This document shows, piece by piece, positions 9,351 through 19,138 of a stretch of DNA of 64,000 bases (position 1 is its first letter; each line of letters opens with the position of its first letter). The notes below the pieces were generated by a model. The model was not told the origin of the DNA, ran no database searches, and saw nothing but the letters and a program-made list of their open reading frames with translations. The stretch is taken from positions 1 through 64,000 of IMG/VR virus record IMGVR_UViG_3300011164_000019, one strand, 5' to 3'. A program made the position numbers and the translations under genes. The DNA comes from a virus. Its lineage: Duplodnaviria > Caudoviricetes.

Positions 9351-9557
9351 TTACTTGAATAGCCGACGCTTATAACGTCTCAAGTTACGTCGAATCATCC
9401 GATCCATCGTCACTGCATTGGCGAGAGCCACTTCCCGGTTATGGGTAATGGTGCCCCCTGGAAGAACCCAGGCAATTCCCGTCTTGGTCATTACAGCTGG
9501 AACTTCACCGGAACCTACGATGATGTTGTCGGTTTCGTACTGCAGAAGTTGTTGCAT
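9351..9557 (-). CDS. Small phage protein, DUF1317-like
   Basis: DNIIVG...WVLPGG..ITHN.EVA pattern. Confidence 0.45.
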   Translation of the reverse strand: MQQLLQYETDNIIVGSGEVPAVMTKTGIAWVLPGGTITHNREVALANAVTMDRMIRRNLRRYKRRLFK

Positions 9558-9616
9558 GGCGGATCTCCAGAATTAACTGGAGCGCATATTACAACAACTT
9601 AGTTAATTGCAACTTC

Positions 9617-10054
9617 CTATATCGGAAGGAACGGCAGGATTTCCGACGGCAAGTTGCAGTCAGGTTGAACTGTTCGGGCCAGTTCAAGTCCTTCTTGCCA
9701 GTCATCAGGTTCCCCGTCTGAAGTAACCAGCCAAGTATTCGGTGAATGAAAGTTGGCCAGGATCAACAGTGCTGTAACTACACGGTCATAAGGTTTCCGT
9801 GCTGTTTTGCAGAACTGAAACTCCTTGCCGTCTCGTTGTAACACCATGGTTTCATGGCCATTGTTACCGATACCGTTGAAGATGATGTACGTGTCATCCA
9901 CAAGTGGCTGACCTCCATCTTCATCTTCCCGTTGAATAGGCAGTGGCTGGTTCAACAGAGCAGTAGCCATCATCTTGCGGAAGTCGTCGCAGATCGCCTG
10001 CCAGGCTGCTGGCTCAGCAGGCTTCATTTGTTCAAAGTAGTGCGAATAGCCCAT
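9617..10054 (-). CDS. Conserved phage hypothetical protein
   Basis: MGYSHY...FCKTARKPYD...SDG; SD CAAGGAG. Confidence 0.75.
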   Translation of the reverse strand: MGYSHYFEQMKPAEPAAWQAICDDFRKMMATALLNQPLPIQREDEDGGQPLVDDTYIIFNGIGNNGHETMVLQRDGKEFQFCKTARKPYDRVVTALLILANFHSPNTWLVTSDGEPDDWQEGLELARTVQPDCNLPSEILPFLPI

Positions 10055-10068
10055 GTCCTGCTCCTTGG

Positions 10069-10344
10069 TTATGCAGCGATGGTCTGGTTTTCCTCTCGGA
10101 CCCAGACGCCCACGTAGTCGATGCCTTTGGACTTATAGAGCCAGGCTTCCAGCTCTTGCTCAGTCCAGCGAGTGTCCACCCACACTTGCGAGTAGCCACG
10201 GTCTTCGCGGTAAGCGCCTGCGTGGCGAATGGAGTAGGTGGATTTCAAACCACCAAGGCGATGCACCAAGACGCTGGCGCAGTGGGTTTCCACGTCGATG
10301 CCAAAGCGATTGATCGTGGTTTTCTGAGGAACTTGATAAGCCAT
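10069..10344 (-). CDS. Hypothetical protein
   Basis: In-operon ORF, TGATG overlap. Confidence 0.65.
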   Translation of the reverse strand: MAYQVPQKTTINRFGIDVETHCASVLVHRLGGLKSTYSIRHAGAYREDRGYSQVWVDTRWTEQELEAWLYKSKGIDYVGVWVREENQTIAA

Positions 10345-10598
10345 CAGGCCACCTCCTGTTCCATGGATTGAAAGGCAAGGTCGTCCAGATGCTGCTTGAA
10401 CTCCTGGAACAACCGGTCTTCGGTCTGAGCGGTCAGATAGTCATCCAACCAACGTGCCGGGTAGCCACGACGATCCAGCAGCCGGAACTCGAATTCCCCT
10501 GGTTGAGGGGGTTCGGTAAAGCTGCCCGGCAACGCTGGCTCGTAGTAGGTGACCTCGCACTGGCAGGGGATGCCATTGATGCGAGTTGGGAAGATCAT
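10344..10598 (-). CDS. Hypothetical protein
   Basis: In-operon ORF. Confidence 0.7.
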   Translation of the reverse strand: MIFPTRINGIPCQCEVTYYEPALPGSFTEPPQPGEFEFRLLDRRGYPARWLDDYLTAQTEDRLFQEFKQHLDDLAFQSMEQEVA

Positions 10599-10600
10599 GG

Positions 10601-10783
10601 CTAAGAATCCAAATTCAACGACCAGCGGCCTACGGTATTACCGTTGCTGTCCCAGCAATACCCACTGGTGTGGTGTTGCTCGATGCTGTCCGCCACCCTG
10701 CGAAGTATTTCAGCCACTTCGCATTCTGGATGGTTTTCAAAGGCAGCATTAGAGGTGTTATCAATTTCCAGGGTGAGTCCCAT
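10601..10783 (-). CDS. Hypothetical protein
   Basis: SD CAAGGAG; in-operon ORF. Confidence 0.7.
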   Translation of the reverse strand: MGLTLEIDNTSNAAFENHPECEVAEILRRVADSIEQHHTSGYCWDSNGNTVGRWSLNLDS

Positions 10784-10801
10784 ATCAAGCTCCTTGAAAT
10801 G

Positions 10802-10823
10802 AAAAACCCCTCCGAAGAGGGGT
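10802..10823 (-). terminator. Intrinsic terminator after DNA polymerase
   Basis: ACCCCUC-UUCG-GAGGGGU then U tract. Confidence 0.85.
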
Positions 10824-10828
10824 CTGGT

Positions 10829-13522
10829 TTATGCCGCTTTCTTGGGTTCCAACTCCCCCAGCGCCTTTTCACATACCTCGCGGATCTGCTCAGGCGTGGC
10901 GTCGTTGGGTAGGGTGATGGGGTGTGCCCAGTCCGGGTAGAACAGGTCCAGTGCCGCACCGAGTTTCACGGTGTCGTGCTGGATCTCCGGCAGCTCCTGC
11001 CACTGCATCGACTTGATCAGTTCCCGGTTGACCCAGGTGACCACATCGATCCGATCGCGGATCAGCAGGTAGATGGCGTCGTGGATCAACGCCACTGGCA
11101 GAATGTCGTAGCGATAGGGCGAGGCCCAGACCTTCTGCATGAACTCGACCGCTGCCCGGTTGTTCAGCAAGCCATAGGACTGACCCATGGCATTGCCTGC
11201 AGTACGACCTTCTGCTGCTGCCTCGTAGGGCATCTTCGAGCCTTTCCAGATCACCTGCTTGAGCAACGGGGTGCGTACCCGCAGTCCGAATGCCACCTCG
11301 ACGTAACCGTCTTTGGCAGCCTGCTCCAGCCGTTTGGCCACGTACTCATCCGACACCTTGTAGAGGTCGTGGTAGTTGGCCTCGATCACCTTGGCCTTGT
11401 CCTCTGGCCAGCCCAGGTTGCTCATCATCCCGTGGTAGGTGCCACCGTAGGTGAGAAGGAAGGTCGGAGCCTTGGAGTCCTGGCGTAGATCCGGTGCCAG
11501 CTTCTTGATGGAGTTCACCGACGCTGGGTCATCCAGTGCGATGCGGATGCCACGAGCCAGGAGGTCTTCCTGGAAGTAGTAGGCCGCCCGTAGACAGTGA
11601 CCGTCGAAGCCCTTGATGTAGACGTTGAGCTTGTTCGGGTCCTTGGTCGTCAGGGCACTGATGTAGTCCTCCAGCGAGTTGAAGTCAGCACCAGCGAAGA
11701 TCCAGCCCTTGGGTGCCGAGAAGCAGCCCTTGATCAGCTTGCCGAACGTGGAACCAGACGGAATCTGCTGCATGTTCGGTTTGCTGGAGCTGAGGCGTCC
11801 GGAGACCGTGCCTCCCAGGTTGAAGCCACCGTGCAGCCAGATCTTGCCGTCACCCTTGTCCAGTGCTTTTTCAAACGCCGGGATGAATGCCGACAGGATC
11901 TTGGTGACCCCGATGTACTCGACCATGGCCTGCAGGAAGGCTTTGTCCTCTGGTTTGCTGGCATGGTTGACTAGCTTCTCCAGGGTGTCGCCACCGGTAG
12001 CCGGTTGCTTGGTGTCTGTCAGGTCCAGAACCGGAAGGCCCATCTCCTGATACAGCAGACGTTGCAGCTGCGGTCCTGAGTTGGGGTTGAACACCGACTT
12101 GGGGAAGAAGGTGCGGTCCTTGGGGAAGATCTTGTCGGGGTTTTTCGCCTTGCCTCGGCGATCCTCAAAGTCCTTCTCCCAGGCCTCGTGAGTCATCTTC
12201 GCTTGCAGGGGAGCGATGAGCGGGTGGCCCATGATGACCTTGAGGTAACTGGCTTCCAGTCGTTCCAGTTCGGCTTTCGCCTCCTGTACCCGCGACCGCT
12301 CCATCGGCATGCCGGACAGCTCCATCTGGATGATGACCTTCAGGCTCGGCAGCATCAGTGTGTGATACAGCTGTTCCTGCCGGTCGGCCACCATGATGGG
12401 GTAGTACTTGGCCTTGACGTAGTTGGTCGACAGGCAGTCCACCAGGTTGTACTGCAGCAGCTTGGCTGGCTCGATGGCCAGGACGTTGTTGATCTCCTCC
12501 ACAGCCCAGTTGCCAGCGAACTCGTGAGCCAATGCTTTCAGGCCCAGCACGTTACCAGCTGTGCTGTTGGTGGCCAGGTAGGCAATGACCTTGGTGTCGT
12601 CGAACGACCGGGTGAGGATATCCAGTCCCAGCAGCAAACCTTTCTGATCCAGCGGATCTTTCATCCACAGTTCATAGATGATTGATCGCAGGTCATAAGA
12701 GGCGTTGTGCCAGGTCAGTTTCCCCTTGTAGCTGGTGAGGAAGTTAAGCAGCAGCTGCTTGACTGGCTTGTTGTCGCAGCGAATTCCGTGCAGCCCTTTG
12801 TTGTGGTCGGGGATCTGTAGCAGATCGAGGATTTTCTCCGCCTCGTACATCGGCATGTAGTCGACCAGGAATGACACTCCGTTGTGCCGGTCCCAGGCGA
12901 AGCCAATCGAAGCAATACCGGCCTCGTTGAAGGCCAGACCGAAGGCTTCGATATCTGCCGATAGCTCAGGGTACTGATGAAGCGAATCCAGTGCAGCAGC
13001 GATCTGCTCATAGGTGGATGGGTACTGAGCTGAGTGAATGATGTTGTGGCCCAGCGGTTGGTAGCTGCCTTGCACAGCATCGGCGAGGGTCTGCAACGAC
13101 ATGTCCAGCTTCTGGTACAACTCGGGGTTGTAGACCAGCTGCTGATAGTTCAGGCCCAACACCACCTGCATGTGCTCGAATCCCTGGATTTTGCAGGGCA
13201 GCACATAGCCGTAGTGAGGTTCCGCCTTGGACATTTTGGTCAGCGTTTTGAAATACGCTGCATCGGTGCAGAACAGGTACTTCACACCGAGGCTGTTCAA
13301 CGCGACTAGCAGTTTGTCCAGGTAGTCCTTGATGAAGGCTACGGGGACCTTGCCGGCCTCGTTGTATTCCAGGGTGAAGCCGATCATGCGGTTGGGGGCT
13401 ACACCGAGCTTTTGCAACGGCTCGATGTAGTGGTTACGCATAGCCATCTCGTTGAAGGCTGCCGCCTTTGTCAGCACGGCAACCTCATAACGTTCGGCCT
13501 GCTCGAAGATGATGTGCCTCAT
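10829..13522 (-). CDS. DNA polymerase, family A (N4-type)
   Basis: Exonuclease ADIEAFG/WHNASYD; polymerase motifs GADFNSLE, RQDSKAPTFLLTYGG, IHDAI. Confidence 0.95.
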   Translation of the reverse strand: MRHIIFEQAERYEVAVLTKAAAFNEMAMRNHYIEPLQKLGVAPNRMIGFTLEYNEAGKVPVAFIKDYLDKLLVALNSLGVKYLFCTDAAYFKTLTKMSKAEPHYGYVLPCKIQGFEHMQVVLGLNYQQLVYNPELYQKLDMSLQTLADAVQGSYQPLGHNIIHSAQYPSTYEQIAAALDSLHQYPELSADIEAFGLAFNEAGIASIGFAWDRHNGVSFLVDYMPMYEAEKILDLLQIPDHNKGLHGIRCDNKPVKQLLLNFLTSYKGKLTWHNASYDLRSIIYELWMKDPLDQKGLLLGLDILTRSFDDTKVIAYLATNSTAGNVLGLKALAHEFAGNWAVEEINNVLAIEPAKLLQYNLVDCLSTNYVKAKYYPIMVADRQEQLYHTLMLPSLKVIIQMELSGMPMERSRVQEAKAELERLEASYLKVIMGHPLIAPLQAKMTHEAWEKDFEDRRGKAKNPDKIFPKDRTFFPKSVFNPNSGPQLQRLLYQEMGLPVLDLTDTKQPATGGDTLEKLVNHASKPEDKAFLQAMVEYIGVTKILSAFIPAFEKALDKGDGKIWLHGGFNLGGTVSGRLSSSKPNMQQIPSGSTFGKLIKGCFSAPKGWIFAGADFNSLEDYISALTTKDPNKLNVYIKGFDGHCLRAAYYFQEDLLARGIRIALDDPASVNSIKKLAPDLRQDSKAPTFLLTYGGTYHGMMSNLGWPEDKAKVIEANYHDLYKVSDEYVAKRLEQAAKDGYVEVAFGLRVRTPLLKQVIWKGSKMPYEAAAEGRTAGNAMGQSYGLLNNRAAVEFMQKVWASPYRYDILPVALIHDAIYLLIRDRIDVVTWVNRELIKSMQWQELPEIQHDTVKLGAALDLFYPDWAHPITLPNDATPEQIREVCEKALGELEPKKAA

Positions 13523-13530
13523 GGCATCTC

Positions 13531-14049
13531 CTACAGCAGCAGGTTCAGCACCTGTCGCTGTTTCATCAGGTCAATCGAAAGCCGGTTCTTTTCCCTGATT
13601 GCCTGAATGTCTTCTTCGGTCAGCTTGACCGTTCGACAAGGGCAGCTTGCCTGCATGGCTCGGATGGGTCCGTGGATCGACTCCGGCAACAGGCGCAGGT
13701 AGTCCTCGAAGGTGTTCGAGGCGTTCAGCACCTGGTTGACGAAGCCCATGACGAACGGGACTTCGTTGTCGTTCAGCCGTTTGACTTCAGCCAGGTAGGC
13801 CTCCATCTGCGGCTGCAGGCTTGGAACCAGCCGGTTCATCTTGCGGGGCATCGTTGCCTTGGCGTCGATCACGTAGATCTGGCCACGGTAGGTAAACGAT
13901 TCGTGGGGGCTGTGCAGACACCGGGAGTTGTCCCGGATGATCTGACGCAGCTTCTGGTTGTAGGACCGTTTCACCGGCTCGTAGAGGTGGTTGTAAATCG
14001 CATCCTTGAGCTGCTGCTTGGTCCGAGGATCATGCAGGATTTCATCCAT
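13531..14049 (-). CDS. Conserved N4-like hypothetical protein
   Basis: Lies between helicase and polymerase as in N4-like phages. Confidence 0.7.
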   Translation of the reverse strand: MDEILHDPRTKQQLKDAIYNHLYEPVKRSYNQKLRQIIRDNSRCLHSPHESFTYRGQIYVIDAKATMPRKMNRLVPSLQPQMEAYLAEVKRLNDNEVPFVMGFVNQVLNASNTFEDYLRLLPESIHGPIRAMQASCPCRTVKLTEEDIQAIREKNRLSIDLMKQRQVLNLLL

Positions 14050-14210
14050 TACTTTGCGTCCCCTGGTTTCTTGTAGCCCATGCCTCTGATCAGGTGGAAG
14101 CCAGACGGCTGTAGCTTGATCACGCGACCCCAGGTGTCCCAGGGGCCGTTGATACGCACCACCTGACCTGGCTGAGCCTTGGTCTGGAGCTGATACAGTT
14201 GCCCGCTCAT
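14049..14210 (-). CDS. Small hypothetical protein (53 aa)
   Basis: ATGA overlap with helicase stop. Confidence 0.5.
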   Translation of the reverse strand: MSGQLYQLQTKAQPGQVVRINGPWDTWGRVIKLQPSGFHLIRGMGYKKPGDAK

Positions 14211-15454
14211 ACGAGATCCCCTGTGAAGATCACTTGCTCGCTGGCTCGACTGATTCCGACGTACATCAGGCGTGCGATCTGGCTGCCCAGGGTGCATTTC
14301 TTAATATCGTCGAGGTCGATGAATACCTTGCGGAACGTGCTGCCCTGGCTCTTGTTGATGGTGCAGGCGAAGGCAGCTCGCAGGTCGATCCAGTTGTTGT
14401 TGATTTCGTACAGCACCGTGGCATTGCCTTCGGCTTCTGCCTGTCGGATCAGTGCCTTCTTCTCGGTCAGGGAGTCGGGCATGAACTTGACCACGGCGTT
14501 GTCCACCGTGAAGTACTTGCCGGCCAGGCCGTGCTCGTACGAGGGTTCACTGATATCGGTGATCTGCACCAGCTGATCGGTCTTGATGCTGTAGCCCTTG
14601 CTCCCAACGAAGTGGTTGCACACGGCGTAGTCACCGATCTGGAAGTCAGGATCTCCCTGCACGTACTCACGGATGCCCCGGTTGTATGCCACCACGCACT
14701 TGTTGGTCCAAGCCAGGACCTTGGAGTCGTGGTAGTGCCAGTCAGGGCGTCCGAACTCAGCCAGGATGGCCTGATCGAAGTCCTCCCGCTTCAGGTGCTG
14801 GATGAAGTGACCATCCGGCTGGAAGCTGAAGAACTCTCCCGAGGAGACCGTCTCGCGGAACTTGGTGGACAGCTCGATGATCGGGTTGCCTTCAGCCTGG
14901 CGAACCACCTTGGATAGGTGAGCGCCCTCGAAGCCACGGTGGAAGACCGGAGGTACATCACAACCCACAGTGAGCAGCTGGGCCGGATCACCGATGAAGA
15001 CAATCTTGCAGCGTTCGGTACGCTTGAAGATGTGGCGTAGCAGTGCGTCATCGACGAAGCTGGCTTCATCCACGAACAGCACGGTGTCGCGGATGCAGTC
15101 AGCACCCTGACGCACCACCAACGTGCTCTTGTTGGTCTTGTAGTCGGTATGCACACGCAGCCCCAGGGCCGAGTGAATGGTGACCACCTCACGGCGGGTG
15201 ATGAATTGCAGTGCCTCGCATGCCTTGTTGGTAGTCGCCGTGAGCTTCACATCGAAGGCGGGGTAGGTGGGGTTGATCAACCGGGCCATCTTGAAGAGGT
15301 TGTCGATCTCTCCCAGCAGTGTGCGAACCAGGGTGCTCTTGCCGGTGCCGCTATACCCTGCCAGGACGAACACAGACTTACTGGGGTCCAACAGAAAACC
15401 GGAGAAGGCCTCGTAGCCTGCTTGTTGATCGGGTGACAGGGTAAGTGCGTTCAT
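14207..15454 (-). CDS. SF1B (Dda/RecD-like) DNA helicase
   Basis: AGYSGTGKS, VDEAS, GDPAQL, TINKSQGSTF, YVGISRA. Confidence 0.93.
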   Translation of the reverse strand: MNALTLSPDQQAGYEAFSGFLLDPSKSVFVLAGYSGTGKSTLVRTLLGEIDNLFKMARLINPTYPAFDVKLTATTNKACEALQFITRREVVTIHSALGLRVHTDYKTNKSTLVVRQGADCIRDTVLFVDEASFVDDALLRHIFKRTERCKIVFIGDPAQLLTVGCDVPPVFHRGFEGAHLSKVVRQAEGNPIIELSTKFRETVSSGEFFSFQPDGHFIQHLKREDFDQAILAEFGRPDWHYHDSKVLAWTNKCVVAYNRGIREYVQGDPDFQIGDYAVCNHFVGSKGYSIKTDQLVQITDISEPSYEHGLAGKYFTVDNAVVKFMPDSLTEKKALIRQAEAEGNATVLYEINNNWIDLRAAFACTINKSQGSTFRKVFIDLDDIKKCTLGSQIARLMYVGISRASEQVIFTGDLV

Positions 15455-15777
15455 GCTTCTTCCTTGGGTGATTGGATTGGTTCCAGTGAATTAACATTGT
15501 CGAGAGAAACCCCCATCAGTTGAGCAACTTTGTGACGGTGGTACTCGTGCTCCGAGATAACTCGGAACTCTATGGATGACATGTCAAAACCTTTAATTAC
15601 AGGCGGTCTTGAATAAGGGGCTTCAAGAGTCTCTGCCTTTTCTAGGCTAGATACGAATAACATACCTTCGTTGTAGGGCAGCAGGATTTGGTAGTTATAA
15701 CTCAGATTGATAACCAGGTAGTTGCTGTTGCGCTTACCTACGGCCTTAACTTGTTTGAGTGCTTCAGCAACTTCCAT
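15451..15777 (-). CDS. Hypothetical protein
   Basis: AT-rich in-operon ORF. Confidence 0.7.
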   Translation of the reverse strand: MEVAEALKQVKAVGKRNSNYLVINLSYNYQILLPYNEGMLFVSSLEKAETLEAPYSRPPVIKGFDMSSIEFRVISEHEYHRHKVAQLMGVSLDNVNSLEPIQSPKEEA

Positions 15778-15785
15778 GGTTCACC

Positions 15786-16892
15786 TCAGATGTTGTAGTG
15801 GATAACTTTCCCGTAGGGCGCAGTGAACTTCTTGTTATTGTGGATGACCCACAATACAGGACACTTCGGTGCTGGCATTACATGCCTGAACTCACCGTCA
15901 CTGAATACCAAGAGTGCAACTGGTTTGTTGTCTCTGGCCCACTGGATTACTTCTGAAACATTCGTACCACCACGTCCGTGGAACGTGACCTGTTGCAAGT
16001 CAGATACACTCTTGAGTACATCCTTCTTGTGGATGCGTGTATCAAACTGCAACAGAGTTATTTGCGATGGCTTCAGCTTTTTCATAATCCCATTTACTTC
16101 ACTGATGAAGCGACGGAAGTCTGAGTTGCTGACTGAGCCTGAAGTATCAACAGCAACGGCTATTTCACCGAGGGTAATGCCGTAGAGAGTTGGGAGAATG
16201 TGTTCAGGCATGAAACGGCGATTGGGCCGCTTCCAGGTGTAGTCCGTCTTGGCGAACTGATTGAAGAACTTCCGCAGTAACTTGTCCCACGGAAGAATCG
16301 GGTTGAGGTATTCATCCAGGAAGATCTGGATATCACCTGGAATGGTGCCTGGCTTGTCACCGCTCATGGCTGACTGCGTGGCAGCCCGCATGACGATATC
16401 GGTGATGTGCTGCTCGGCCTGTTTCTGCTGCTCAGGAGATTGAGGGCCTGGTGGCAGATCCTGCATGCGAGGCTGACCTGGATTGTCAGGCAGCAGGTCA
16501 TACACCTGCAGCGTGCTCATGCCCTTGAACTGGGAGTCCTTGAGGACCCAATCAGGCATCTTGAAGCCACGCTCCAGCAGCATCAGGTTGATGACGTGAT
16601 CGCCAGCGATGTTCCACTTGTCCGGGCAACGATCGCCACGACGCACGGTGTGCATCAGGGCAGGGTGCATGCACTCATGCACCAGCACGAAGATCCGCTC
16701 TTCTTCGGAGAGTGAGAGGAAGAATTGGGGGTTGATGCCGATGGTTGTGTCGTTCACATACGCATTCGGCTGAGTATCGTCAAAGACAATACGGAACGAA
16801 AAACAGAGGGTGGTGAAGAAAGCACTATCAGGCTTACTCATAAGGCCGATCTTGGCTTTGTCGAGAGCCTTATTGGCATCTTGCAATGACAT
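15786..16892 (-). CDS. Putative metallopeptidase with vWA domain
   Basis: HECMH (HExxH), WNIAGDHVIN, MIDAS DTSGS; start reassigned to 16892. Confidence 0.88.
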   Translation of the reverse strand: MSLQDANKALDKAKIGLMSKPDSAFFTTLCFSFRIVFDDTQPNAYVNDTTIGINPQFFLSLSEEERIFVLVHECMHPALMHTVRRGDRCPDKWNIAGDHVINLMLLERGFKMPDWVLKDSQFKGMSTLQVYDLLPDNPGQPRMQDLPPGPQSPEQQKQAEQHITDIVMRAATQSAMSGDKPGTIPGDIQIFLDEYLNPILPWDKLLRKFFNQFAKTDYTWKRPNRRFMPEHILPTLYGITLGEIAVAVDTSGSVSNSDFRRFISEVNGIMKKLKPSQITLLQFDTRIHKKDVLKSVSDLQQVTFHGRGGTNVSEVIQWARDNKPVALLVFSDGEFRHVMPAPKCPVLWVIHNNKKFTAPYGKVIHYNI

Positions 16893-16995
16893 GGTGAACT
16901 TCCTTTGAAGTTGATAGTTGCAACTGACCGGACAATAAAAGTCCAACTTGCAGGCGTAACTATCCTGCAAATTGAACTTCTAAAGTGTGCTGGGG

Positions 16996-17151
16996 TTACT
17001 TACGATTCCGACGAATCTCGGAACACTTCCTGTGACTGATAGGGGAACTTCCCCCCCGGTGCCTTCCGCAAATATCGCAAGTGCTGCGCAATGTATCTTC
17101 CAGTGATTTGCTTCGCAAAGTACTGGGTTTCCATTGCGCCTTACTACTCAC
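16996..17151 (-). CDS. Small Cys/His (zinc-finger-like) protein, 51 aa
   Basis: CDICGRHR...HRKCSEIR; GTG start overlapping csrA stop. Confidence 0.45.
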   Translation of the reverse strand: MSSKAQWKPSTLRSKSLEDTLRSTCDICGRHRGGSSPISHRKCSEIRRNRK

Positions 17152-17320
17152 TGACAACTTCCGATTTTTTCTTGTTCTTGATGTTATCCCGTTGGATCTC
17201 AATTTCTTTCGGGGCATCAATACCAATACGGGTTTGACCGTTCTGGGTACCAAGAATACGGACAACAATGTTGTCACCAATGTGGACTGCTTCACCTGCC
17301 TTGCGGGTAATTACTAGCAT
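17144..17320 (-). CDS. csrA: CsrA/RsmA-family translational regulator (58 aa; not in ORF track)
   Basis: MLVITRKAGEAVHIGDNIVVRILGTQNGQTRIGIDAPKEIEIQRDNIKNKKKSEVVSE aligns without gaps to CsrA; R6 and R44 kept; SD AAAGGAAG. Confidence 0.9.
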   Translation of the reverse strand: MLVITRKAGEAVHIGDNIVVRILGTQNGQTRIGIDAPKEIEIQRDNIKNKKKSEVVSE

Positions 17321-17406
17321 TACTACTTCCTTTCTACTACTTGGATTGAATTAAGTGTTTGCACTTAGGCATCGCTATTCCGTCTGATTATTCAGCGGAA
17401 CAGTCG

Positions 17407-17901
17407 TTATGTGTTGAGAGCCAACTGGGCTGTATTACCAGCGATCAGTTGTTTGGTGCGGTACATCTTTCCATACTCAACCTGGTTGTCCCAGGACGGT
17501 GGATCGACGGCCTCGTGGTGCCGCTTCAGAAGATCCTTTACGGCATCCAGCGAGTTGTGTTCTTCAATGACCTTTTCCAGGACCGAGGGGTGGATGTAGT
17601 AATCACTTCCATTAATGGTCTTGAGTGTAAGGTCGCCGGTTTCGGTGAAACGACAGTACTGCACACCCTCTTCATATTCGGAGCCTTTGGCCCAGTCCAT
17701 GTCGTAGGGGATGCCGGCTGACTGCAGCTCCTTGATGCAGTCCAGCTCTCCGTAGTTCACTTCTTCGAAACCCATGTAGTGAACTTCGTCGTTAAGGATG
17801 TCCTCCTCGTTGGGTTCCCCGTCATGCTTGATGGCGATTTCCTTGGCCTGCTCGAACAGCTCGGCAGGCACATAGAGGTACACGTAAGTACGATCGCCCA
17901 T
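17407..17901 (-). CDS. Hypothetical acidic protein
   Basis: In-operon ORF. Confidence 0.7.
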   Translation of the reverse strand: MGDRTYVYLYVPAELFEQAKEIAIKHDGEPNEEDILNDEVHYMGFEEVNYGELDCIKELQSAGIPYDMDWAKGSEYEEGVQYCRFTETGDLTLKTINGSDYYIHPSVLEKVIEEHNSLDAVKDLLKRHHEAVDPPSWDNQVEYGKMYRTKQLIAGNTAQLALNT

Positions 17902-17902
17902 G

Positions 17903-18916
17903 TCAGAACAACTCTTTGGCGTTCTTGGTGATCCATGCCTGGATGGACTTGTGGTTCATCAGGGCAGGGCTGCGCCGCACCATTTCACGCAGGGTGACGA
18001 CCTGGAACTCGATCGGCAGACGGGACACGAAGTCCATCAGTGGACCCGCGTTCTCATCGTTGGCGTTGTGGGCGATCGAGCCGGTCAGAGCAAACAGAAT
18101 GCTCGGTTCCTGAGGCACCGGCAGGGTGGTGGCCTGTTCCATCATCTGGTTCATGGTAGGCAGCCGGGAGTAGATCTCGGTGAAGGTACGGAACTCGCGT
18201 GCCACGCCTTCAGAGATGGTGCCAGCCAGCAGAGGAATGTCCTCGATACCGATCTGCTTGCCTTTGACCAGACGGTTGGCGAACTCCCAGGTACGGGGAC
18301 TGGCATAGGTGCAGTCGGTGTGATCGGGACTGAAGGTGTACAGCATGCCTGGCTTGAACTTGACGAAGCTGGTGATGCGGTGGTCGATACCATTCTTCAT
18401 GGCCCAGCCTTCGCACCAGTCGATGTGATCCACTGTGACTTCCATATGGATCAGGCGAGATTCCAGAGCCGTGCTCATCTCTTCGACGATGGCTCCGTCT
18501 GTCTCCAGGTTACCTGCACAGACGATGGCGACCTTCTTGTGCAGATGGTGAGTGCCGACCATGCGATCCAGCACGAGCTTGTAGGCAGCAGCCTGCACGC
18601 CACGCGGAGCACTGGTGAACTCATCCATGAACAACAACCAGCCTTCGTAGCCCTTTGGAACCTCATCCCCTTCGATGGGGAAGGTTTCCATGGGCACGTA
18701 GCGGCCACGTCCATTGGCAGTGTTGGGGAAGCCCAGCAGATCGGTTGGGTCGCACTGAGCAAGGCGTAGGTCGATGACCTTGAGGCCGTATTCCTTGGCG
18801 ATCTGGTGAACGATGGAAGACTTGCCCACAGCAGGGCTGCCCTTGACGATCGGGACCAGGCCGACCTTGATGCACTGCACGATCATGTCGTGTGCTTGGC
18901 TGAGTTTGACTTTCAT
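17903..18916 (-). CDS. MoxR-like AAA+ ATPase
   Basis: GSPAVGKS, LFMDEFTSA, AGN, STALESRL; near the vWA gene. Confidence 0.88.
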   Translation of the reverse strand: MKVKLSQAHDMIVQCIKVGLVPIVKGSPAVGKSSIVHQIAKEYGLKVIDLRLAQCDPTDLLGFPNTANGRGRYVPMETFPIEGDEVPKGYEGWLLFMDEFTSAPRGVQAAAYKLVLDRMVGTHHLHKKVAIVCAGNLETDGAIVEEMSTALESRLIHMEVTVDHIDWCEGWAMKNGIDHRITSFVKFKPGMLYTFSPDHTDCTYASPRTWEFANRLVKGKQIGIEDIPLLAGTISEGVAREFRTFTEIYSRLPTMNQMMEQATTLPVPQEPSILFALTGSIAHNANDENAGPLMDFVSRLPIEFQVVTLREMVRRSPALMNHKSIQAWITKNAKELF

Positions 18917-18919
18917 GGA

Positions 18920-19138
18920 TCAATTCCTTTGTTGGGTGTGCGCGACCTGCTCGGTCTCGACGGTTTTACATTCGTAGCGAATGAATTGATTGGGCAGGAC
19001 GCTGGCTTCGGCCAGATCACGCTCGACGGTGCAATAGATGGGTGCAGCAGCACCGGTCCAGCGGCCTTCTTGCCAGACGGAACAGCTGTCCCTCGCTGCG
19101 CTTGTGCATACGTAGGCGAGCAGAAGAGTGATGGTCAT
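18920..19138 (-). CDS. Small hypothetical protein
   Basis: ATGA overlap; hydrophobic N-terminus. Confidence 0.5.
   Translation of the reverse strand: MTITLLLAYVCTSAARDSCSVWQEGRWTGAAAPIYCTVERDLAEASVLPNQFIRYECKTVETEQVAHTQQRN

Noticed and set aside
10829-13522. Intein or intron in DNA polymerase, terminase or vRNAP
   Set aside because: Sizes and motifs are continuous; no splice signatures seen
17000-17134. Alternative 44-aa ORF METQYFAK... after csrA
   Set aside because: Competes with the Cys/His-motif frame; the latter is preferred but unresolved
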